From: a virus
Lineage: Duplodnaviria > Heunggongvirae > Uroviricota > Caudoviricetes
Virus record (IMG/VR): IMGVR_UViG_2737471869_000025
Strand: one strand, 5' to 3'
DNA length: 32,991 nt
A program made the translations under genes and the position numbers. Position 1 is the first letter of the stretch. Every line of letters starts with the position of its first letter. The notes beneath the pieces were generated by a model that had not been told where the DNA came from, made no database searches, and saw nothing but the letters and a program-made list of their open reading frames with translations. Shown here piece after piece: positions 26,960 to 32,991 of this stretch.

Positions 26960-29399
26960 CAATGTAAAATTACAGGTATTGCTCAGGGCTGTTGACCAGG
27001 CATCCCGCCCGTTTAAATCCATCCGCACAGCGAGTAAGTCGCTGTCGGGGGATATCCGGGAAACACAAAAATCACTGCGCGAGCTGAACGGTCAGGCATC
27101 CCGTATTGAGGGATTTCGCAAGACCAGTGCACAGCTCGCCGTGACTGGTCATGCACTTGAAAAGGCACGGCAGGAGGCCGAAGCACTTGCCACACAGTTT
27201 AAAAACACTGAACGTCCGACCCGTGCTCAGGCGAAAGTGCTGGAATCCGCAAAGCGTGCGGCGGAGGACTTACAGGCGAAATATAACCGCCTGACGGATT
27301 CCGTTAAACGCCAGCAGCGGGAACTGGCCGCTGTGGGAATTAATACCCGCAATCTTGCACATGATGAGCAGGGGCTGAAAAACCGTATCAGTGAAACCAC
27401 CGCACAGCTTAACCGGCAGCGTGACGCGCTGGCGCGTGTCAGTGCACAACAGGCAAAACTTAACGCAGTCAAACAGCGTTATCAGGCAGGAAAAGAACTT
27501 GCCGGAAATATGGCCTCAGTGGGCGCTGCCGGTGTGGGGATTGCGGCGGCGGGAACGATGGCCGGAGTTAAGCTGCTGATGCCCGGTTATGAGTTTGCGC
27601 AGAAAAACTCAGAATTGCAGGCCGTGCTCGGTGTGGCAAAAGATTCCGCCGAAATGGCCGCGCTCCGCAAACAGGCGCGCCAGCTCGGCGACAATACTGC
27701 CGCCTCGGCGGATGATGCTGCCGGTGCGCAGATTATCATTGCGAAAGCCGGTGGGGATGTTGATGCCATTCAGGCGGCAACGCCGGTCACGCTGAATATG
27801 GCGCTGGCGAACCGCCGCACGATGGAAGAAAACGCCGCCCTGCTGATGGGGATGAAATCCGCCTTTCAGCTTTCAAACGATAAGGTCGCTCATATCGGGG
27901 ATGTTCTCTCCATGACGATGAACAAAACCGCCGCCGATTTTGACGGTATGAGCGATGCGCTGACCTATGCCGCACCAGTGGCAAAAAATGCCGGTGTCAG
28001 CATTGAAGAAACCGCCGCAATGGTCGGGGCGCTGCATGACGCAAAAATTACCGGTTCAATGGCGGGGACGGGAAGCCGTGCCGTGTTAAGCCGCCTGCAG
28101 GCACCGACGGGAAAAGCATGGGATGCACTGAAAGAGCTTGGTGTGAAAACCTCAGACAGCAAGGGAAACACCCGACCAGTATTTACCATTCTGAAAGAAA
28201 TGCAGGCCAGTTTTGAGAAAAACCGGCTCGGTACTGCCCAGCAGGCTGAATACATGAAAACCATTTTCGGGGAGGAGGCCAGCTCAGCCGCCGCTGTGCT
28301 GATGACTGCCGCCTCAACCGGAAAGCTGGACAAACTGACCGCTGCGTTTAAAGCCTCAGACGGGAAGACCGCAGAGCTGGTAAATATCATGCAGGACAAC
28401 CTCGGCGGTGACTTTAAGGAGTTTCAGTCCGCTTATGAGGCGGTGGGGACTGACCTGTTTGACCAGCAGGAAGGCGCACTGCGTAAGCTCACGCAGACGG
28501 CCACAAAGTATGTGTTAAAACTCGACGGCTGGATCCAGAAAAACAAATCACTGGCGTCAACCATTGGCCTCATTGCCGGTGGCGCGCTGGCACTTACTGG
28601 CATCATCGGTGCCATTGGTCTTGTAGCCTGGCCGGTTATCACCGGCATCAATGCCATCATCGCGGCAGCAGGCGCAATGGGGGCAATCTTCACGACGGTT
28701 GGCAGTGCTGTTATGACGGCCATCGGGGCGATTAGCTGGCCGGTTGTGGCCGTGGTGGCCGCCATTGTCGCCGGGGCGTTGCTTATCCGTAAATACTGGG
28801 AGCCTGTCAGCGCATTCTTTGGCGGTGTGGTTGAAGGGCTGAAAGCGGCATTTGCGCCGGTGAGGGAGCTGTTCACGCCACTGAAACCGGTGTTTGACTG
28901 GCTGGGCGAAAAGTTACAGGCCGCGTGGCAGTGGTTTAAAAATCTGATTGCCCCGGTTAAAGCCACACAGGACACCCTGAACCGTTGCCGTGACACGGGG
29001 GTCATGTTCGGGCAGGCACTGGCTGACGCGCTGATGCTGCCGCTTAATGCGTTCAACAAACTGCGCAGCGGTATTGACTGGGTACTGGAAAAACTCGGGG
29101 TTATCAACAAAGAGTCAGACACACTTGACCAGACCGCCGCCAGAACTCATGCCGCCACGTATGGCACCGGTGGTTATATTCCGGCGACCAGCTCTTATGC
29201 AGGTTATCAGGCTTATCAGCCGGTTACGGCACCGGCTGGCCGCTCTTATGTAGACCAGAGTAAAAACGAATATCACATCAGCCTGACGGGTGGTACTGCG
29301 CCGGGGACACAGCTTGACCGCCAGTTACAGGATGCGCTCGAAAAATACGAGCGGGATAAACGTGCGCGCGCCCGTGCCAGCATGATGCATGATGGTTAA
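26952..29399 (+). CDS. T: Tail tape measure protein
   Basis: 815 aa, matches P2 gpT as recalled; hydrophobic Gly/Ala-rich segment. Confidence 0.95.
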   Translation: MSNNVKLQVLLRAVDQASRPFKSIRTASKSLSGDIRETQKSLRELNGQASRIEGFRKTSAQLAVTGHALEKARQEAEALATQFKNTERPTRAQAKVLESAKRAAEDLQAKYNRLTDSVKRQQRELAAVGINTRNLAHDEQGLKNRISETTAQLNRQRDALARVSAQQAKLNAVKQRYQAGKELAGNMASVGAAGVGIAAAGTMAGVKLLMPGYEFAQKNSELQAVLGVAKDSAEMAALRKQARQLGDNTAASADDAAGAQIIIAKAGGDVDAIQAATPVTLNMALANRRTMEENAALLMGMKSAFQLSNDKVAHIGDVLSMTMNKTAADFDGMSDALTYAAPVAKNAGVSIEETAAMVGALHDAKITGSMAGTGSRAVLSRLQAPTGKAWDALKELGVKTSDSKGNTRPVFTILKEMQASFEKNRLGTAQQAEYMKTIFGEEASSAAAVLMTAASTGKLDKLTAAFKASDGKTAELVNIMQDNLGGDFKEFQSAYEAVGTDLFDQQEGALRKLTQTATKYVLKLDGWIQKNKSLASTIGLIAGGALALTGIIGAIGLVAWPVITGINAIIAAAGAMGAIFTTVGSAVMTAIGAISWPVVAVVAAIVAGALLIRKYWEPVSAFFGGVVEGLKAAFAPVRELFTPLKPVFDWLGEKLQAAWQWFKNLIAPVKATQDTLNRCRDTGVMFGQALADALMLPLNAFNKLRSGIDWVLEKLGVINKESDTLDQTAARTHAATYGTGGYIPATSSYAGYQAYQPVTAPAGRSYVDQSKNEYHISLTGGTAPGTQLDRQLQDALEKYERDKRARARASMMHDG

Positions 29400-29413
29400 G
29401 GAGGTGACGAAAA

Positions 29414-29893
29414 ATGATGCTCGCGTTAGGTATGTTTGTTTTTATGCGCCAGACGCTGCCACACCAGACCATGCAGCGTGAATCAGATTATCGCTGGCCG
29501 TCAAATTCCCGTATCGGCAAACGGGATGCCTTTCAATTTCTCGGTGTGGGTGAGGAAAACATCACGCTTGCCGGTGTGCTTTATCCCGAACTGACCGGCG
29601 GAAAGCTGACGATGACCACGCTCAGGCTGATGGCTGAGGAAGGCCGGGCGTGGCCGTTGCTGGATGGCACTGGCATGATTTACGGCATGTATGTCATCAG
29701 CAAGGTGAGTGAAACAGGGAGTATTTTCTTTGCAGACGGCACACCCCGGAAAATTGATTTTACGCTGTCGCTCACCCGCGTTGATGAATCACTGGCCGCG
29801 CTTTATGGCGATATCGGTAAACAGGCGGAATCGCTCATCGGTAAGGCTGGCAGTATGGCGACTAAATTCACGGGTATGACGGGGGCGGGATAA
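29414..29893 (+). CDS. U: Tail protein U
   Basis: 159 aa, matches P2 gpU as recalled. Confidence 0.93.
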   Translation: MMLALGMFVFMRQTLPHQTMQRESDYRWPSNSRIGKRDAFQFLGVGEENITLAGVLYPELTGGKLTMTTLRLMAEEGRAWPLLDGTGMIYGMYVISKVSETGSIFFADGTPRKIDFTLSLTRVDESLAALYGDIGKQAESLIGKAGSMATKFTGMTGAG

Positions 29894-31056
29894 TGCTGGA
29901 TGCACTGACATTTGATGCAGGCAGTACGCTGACGCCGGATTACATGCTGATGCTCGACAGCAGGGATATTACCGGCAATATCAGCGACCGTCTGATGAGC
30001 ATGACCCTGACGGATAACCGGGGCTTTGAGGCTGACCAGCTTGATATTGAACTGAACGATGCCGACGGGCAGGTCGGACTACCGATTCGTGGCGCTGTCC
30101 TGACGGTGTATATCGGCTGGAAAGGTTTTGCCCTGGTATGCAAAGGGAAATTCACCGTTGATGAGGTTGAACACCGGGGCGCGCCGGATGTGGTCACCAT
30201 CCGCGCCCGGAGTGCAGATTTTCGTGGCACGCTCAATTCCCGCCGGGAAGGCTCCTGGCATGACACCACGCTCGGTGCGATTGTTGAGGCGATTGCCTCC
30301 CGTAACAGGCTGGAAGCCAGTGTCGCTCCGTCACTGGCCGGAATTAAAATCCCGCACATCGACCAGTCGCAGGAGTCCGATGCGAAATTCCTGACCCGTC
30401 TTGCTGAACGCAACGGCGGTGAGGTGTCGGTAAAAATGGGAAAACTGCTGTTTCTCAAAGCGGGGCAGGGGGTGACGGCCAGCGGTAAAAAAATCCCGCA
30501 GATTACCATCACCCGCAGCGACGGCGACCGTCATCATTTTGCGATTGCTGACCGTGGAGCCTACACAGGCGTAACGGCAAAGTGGTTACACACCAAAGAC
30601 CCGAAGCCACAAAAGCAGAAGATAAAACTGAAACGCAAAAAGAAAGAGAAACACCTGCGCGCACTGGAGCACCCGAAAGCGAAACCGGTCACGCAGAAGA
30701 AAGCGCCAAAAGTACCGGAGGCGCGCGAAGGTGAATACATGGCCGGTGAGGCTGACAATGTTTTTGCCCTGACCACGGTATATGCCACGAAAGCGCAGGC
30801 CATGCGCGCCGCTCAGGCGAAGTGGGATAAGCTGCAACGGGGCGTTGCGGAGTTCTCCATCAGCCTGGCTACCGGTCGTGCAGATATTTACACGGAAACA
30901 CCGGTCAAAGTGTCAGGCTTTAAGCGCGTCATAGACGAGCAGGACTGGACAATCACTAAGGTGACACATTTTCTGAATAATAGCGGCTTCACGACGTCCC
31001 TGGAGCTTGAGGTCAGGCTTTCTGATGTGGAGTACGAAACAGAAGATGACGAGTGA
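29893..31056 (+). CDS. D: Tail protein D (late control D family)
   Basis: 387 aa, matches P2 gpD as recalled. Confidence 0.93.
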   Translation: MLDALTFDAGSTLTPDYMLMLDSRDITGNISDRLMSMTLTDNRGFEADQLDIELNDADGQVGLPIRGAVLTVYIGWKGFALVCKGKFTVDEVEHRGAPDVVTIRARSADFRGTLNSRREGSWHDTTLGAIVEAIASRNRLEASVAPSLAGIKIPHIDQSQESDAKFLTRLAERNGGEVSVKMGKLLFLKAGQGVTASGKKIPQITITRSDGDRHHFAIADRGAYTGVTAKWLHTKDPKPQKQKIKLKRKKKEKHLRALEHPKAKPVTQKKAPKVPEAREGEYMAGEADNVFALTTVYATKAQAMRAAQAKWDKLQRGVAEFSISLATGRADIYTETPVKVSGFKRVIDEQDWTITKVTHFLNNSGFTTSLELEVRLSDVEYETEDDE

Positions 31057-31137
31057 TGTTTTTATTTTATCTATTTGTTTTATAAGGATAAATTAACTAA
31101 AATGGCACCATCAACAAAACCGGAAGAGGTGCTCGCG

Positions 31138-31356
31138 ATGTTTCATTGTCCTTTATGCCAGCATGCCGCACATGCGCGTACAAGCCGCTATATCACTGAC
31201 ACGACAAAAGAGCGTTATCACCAGTGTCAGAACGTGAATTGCAGTGCCACGTTCATCACTTATGAGTCGGTACAGCGATACATCGTGAAGCCGGGAGAAG
31301 TCCACGCCGTCAGGCCGCACCCGTTGCTGTCAGGGCAGCAAATTATGTGGATGTAA
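31138..31356 (+). CDS. ogr: Late gene transcriptional activator Ogr (zinc finger)
   Basis: 72 aa from ATG 31138 (MFHCPLCQHAAHARTSRYITDTTKERYHQCQNVNCSATF); the ORF-track start at 31075 is an upstream extension. Confidence 0.92.
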   Translation: MFHCPLCQHAAHARTSRYITDTTKERYHQCQNVNCSATFITYESVQRYIVKPGEVHAVRPHPLLSGQQIMWM

Positions 31357-31367
31357 TTACAAACAGA

Positions 31368-31394
31368 AAGCCCCTCAGTCGAGGGGCTTTTTTT
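31368..31394 (+). terminator. Rho-independent terminator downstream of ogr
   Basis: GC-rich stem aagcccctc / gaggggctt with 4-nt loop, followed by a T-run. Confidence 0.8.
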
Positions 31395-31457
31395 GTCGAT
31401 GTGGTCAATGTGTGGACGTGGCCAGAAATAAATCCTTTTATTTCAATTTGTTGTACG

Positions 31458-31485
31458 TAAAAAATAAGCCCGTGTAAGGGAGATT
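31458..31485. repeat. attR: attR core, 28-bp direct repeat; also the 3' terminator end of cyaR
   Basis: Identical to 491..518; continues directly into the cyaR body. Confidence 0.85.
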
Positions 31486-31545
31486 ACACAGGCTAAGGAG
31501 GTGGTTCCTGGTACAGCTAGCATTTTATGGGTTATGTTTTTCAGC
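31459..31545 (-). ncRNA. cyaR: CyaR (RyeE) Hfq-binding small RNA
   Basis: Reverse complement gctgaaaaacataacccataaaatgctagctgtaccaggaaccacctccttagcctgtgtaatctcccttacacgggcttatttttt matches CyaR as recalled, including terminator hairpin and U-tail; lies between yegQ and the prophage as in E. coli. Confidence 0.85.
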
Positions 31546-31600
31546 GAAACGGATGATAACCTTAATAAATGCAGCTGTATGTGATCGGTTTCTAAGAATT
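31546..31600 (-). promoter_or_regulatory. cyaR promoter with class II CRP site
   Basis: On the minus strand, -10 TATCAT (31553..31558) and a CRP-like site TGTGA-N6-TCTAA (31580..31595) centred about 42 bp upstream of the sRNA 5' end. Confidence 0.6.
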
Positions 31601-31629
31601 TTCCATACGGGAAAAATAATCGAAATTAA

Positions 31630-32991
31630 TCACTTACCGTGTGGGTTACGCGTGGTTTCCCCGGAGAAATTACGCATCAGCAGAGCGTAATTGAGCTCAA
31701 GATCCTGCGGGACCGGGAGCCACACAGTATAACCATCGCCTGGTGCGACCGGCATCGCTTCACCTTTGGCGTTTTCCATGTGCTCAAGGGTAAAGTTAAT
31801 GTTGCCTTGCGGCGTCATCAGCTCAAGGCTGTCGCCAACGGAGAATTTATTTTTCACCGCTACCGCCGCGAGGTCCCCCTTGCGCTCACCGGTAAACTCA
31901 CCAACAAACTGCTGGCGGTCAGAAACTGAATAACCGTATTCGTAGTTCTGATAATCGTCGTGAGTATGACGACGCAGGAAACCTTCGGTATAGCCACGAT
32001 GCGCCAGACCTTCCAGAGTTTCCAGCAGGCTGGTATCGAACGGTTTGCCCGCAGCGGCGTCATCGATAGCTTTACGGTAAACCTGTGCGGTGCGTGCGCA
32101 ATAGTAGAAAGATTTAGTACGGCCTTCGATTTTCAGCGAATGCACGCCCATTTTGGTCAGGCGTTCTACATGGGCGATGGCGCGCAGATCTTTCGAGTTC
32201 ATGATGTAAGTGCCGTGCTCATCTTCAAACGCGGTCATATACTCGCCCGGACGCTGGGTTTCTTCGATCATAAACACTTTGTCGGTTGGCGCGCCGATAC
32301 CCAGCGTCGGCTCAACATTTTGCACCGGAATCGGCTCGTACTTGTGTACGATGTTGCCAACGTCATCTTCTTTCCCTTCCTGGACGTTGTACTCCCAGCG
32401 GCAGGCGTTGGTGCAGGTACCCTGGTTCGGATCGCGCTTGTTGATATAGCCAGAGAGCAGGCAGCGACCGGAGTAGGCCATGCACAGTGCGCCGTGAACG
32501 AAGATCTCGATCTCCATATCCGGCACCTGATTGCGGATCTCTTCAATCTCTTCCAGCGACAGCTCGCGAGAGAGGATCACGCGGGTCAGGCCCATTTGCT
32601 GCCAGAATTTCACCGTCGCCCAGTTTACGGCGTTAGCCTGCACCGAGAGGTGGATCGGCATTTCAGGGAAGTGCTCACGCACCAGCATAATCAGCCCTGG
32701 ATCGGACATAATCAGCGCATCCGGCCCCATTTCCACCACCGGTTTCAGGTCACGGATAAAGGTTTTCAGCTTGGCGTTGTGCGGTGCAATGTTGACCACG
32801 ACATAAAACTTTTTCCCCAGCGCGTGGGCTTCATTGATGCCGAGCTGAAGATTTTCGTGGTTGAATTCGTTGTTGCGCACACGCAGGGAGTAACGCGGCT
32901 GGCCCGCATAAACAGCATCTGCGCCATAAGCGAAAGCGTAACGCATATTTTTCAGCGTTCCCGCCGGGGAAAGGAGTTCCGGTTTAAACAT
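31630..32991 (-). CDS. yegQ: Peptidase U32-family protein YegQ (TrhP)
   Basis: 453 aa, full length; matches E. coli YegQ as recalled; start codon is the last three bases of the window. Confidence 0.9.
   Translation of the reverse strand: MFKPELLSPAGTLKNMRYAFAYGADAVYAGQPRYSLRVRNNEFNHENLQLGINEAHALGKKFYVVVNIAPHNAKLKTFIRDLKPVVEMGPDALIMSDPGLIMLVREHFPEMPIHLSVQANAVNWATVKFWQQMGLTRVILSRELSLEEIEEIRNQVPDMEIEIFVHGALCMAYSGRCLLSGYINKRDPNQGTCTNACRWEYNVQEGKEDDVGNIVHKYEPIPVQNVEPTLGIGAPTDKVFMIEETQRPGEYMTAFEDEHGTYIMNSKDLRAIAHVERLTKMGVHSLKIEGRTKSFYYCARTAQVYRKAIDDAAAGKPFDTSLLETLEGLAHRGYTEGFLRRHTHDDYQNYEYGYSVSDRQQFVGEFTGERKGDLAAVAVKNKFSVGDSLELMTPQGNINFTLEHMENAKGEAMPVAPGDGYTVWLPVPQDLELNYALLMRNFSGETTRNPHGK

Larger units (their letters stand above)
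491..31485. mobile_element. Complete P2-family prophage integrated at the cyaR 3' end (P2 locI-type site)
   Basis: Flanking 28-bp direct repeats; full syntenic P2 gene set from int to ogr; cos site present; host genes cyaR and yegQ directly outside attR. Confidence 0.9.

Noticed and set aside
27965-29122. Minus-strand ORFs of 144 and 229 aa inside the tape measure gene T
   Set aside because: Antisense to a conserved structural gene; Ala/Ser/Pro-rich low-complexity translation; no start context.

Overview
Almost the whole window is one complete P2-family prophage of about 31 kb (491..31485), integrated into the 3' end of the sRNA gene cyaR next to yegQ (trhP). It is bounded by a 28-bp direct repeat (attL 491..518, attR 31458..31485) that matches the P2 attachment core as I recall it. 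Gene order is attL-int-C-cox-orf78-B-orf80/81/82/83-A-[AT-rich cargo]-cos-Q-P-O-N-M-L-X-Y-K-lysA/B/C-R-S-V-W-J-I-H-G-[Tfa'/invertase remnants]-FI-FII-E/E'-T-U-D-ogr-attR. Most proteins are recognisably P2-like; these assignments are from my recollection of P2 proteins, with no database search run. The main find is a visibly AT-rich cargo of about 3.7 kb between gene A and cos (6435..10160), the position P2 uses for orf91/tin/old and a known hotspot for anti-phage systems. It carries four co-directional, start/stop-overlapping genes: a 63-aa single-TM protein, a 187-aa protein, a 166-aa protein and a 645-aa SMC/Rad50-like ABC ATPase with a long coiled coil and a central CxxC-x11-CxxC putative zinc hook. 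I read this as a candidate, unclassified defence system (Lamassu-like or ABC-three-component-like); no partner shows a recognisable effector domain, so both family and mechanism are open. Other points: a decayed tail-fiber inversion switch (inverted Tfa' fragment plus the 3' end of a Gin/Pin-type invertase) where P2 has Z/fun; the E/E' slippery site; nested lysB/lysC; the C operator/Pe promoter; and a trace of an older P2-like arm in the left flank. No rRNA, tRNA or CRISPR array was seen. Hand-counted coordinates may be off by 1 nt in places; one line (26761..26820) did not reconcile with the ORF track, which I trusted.
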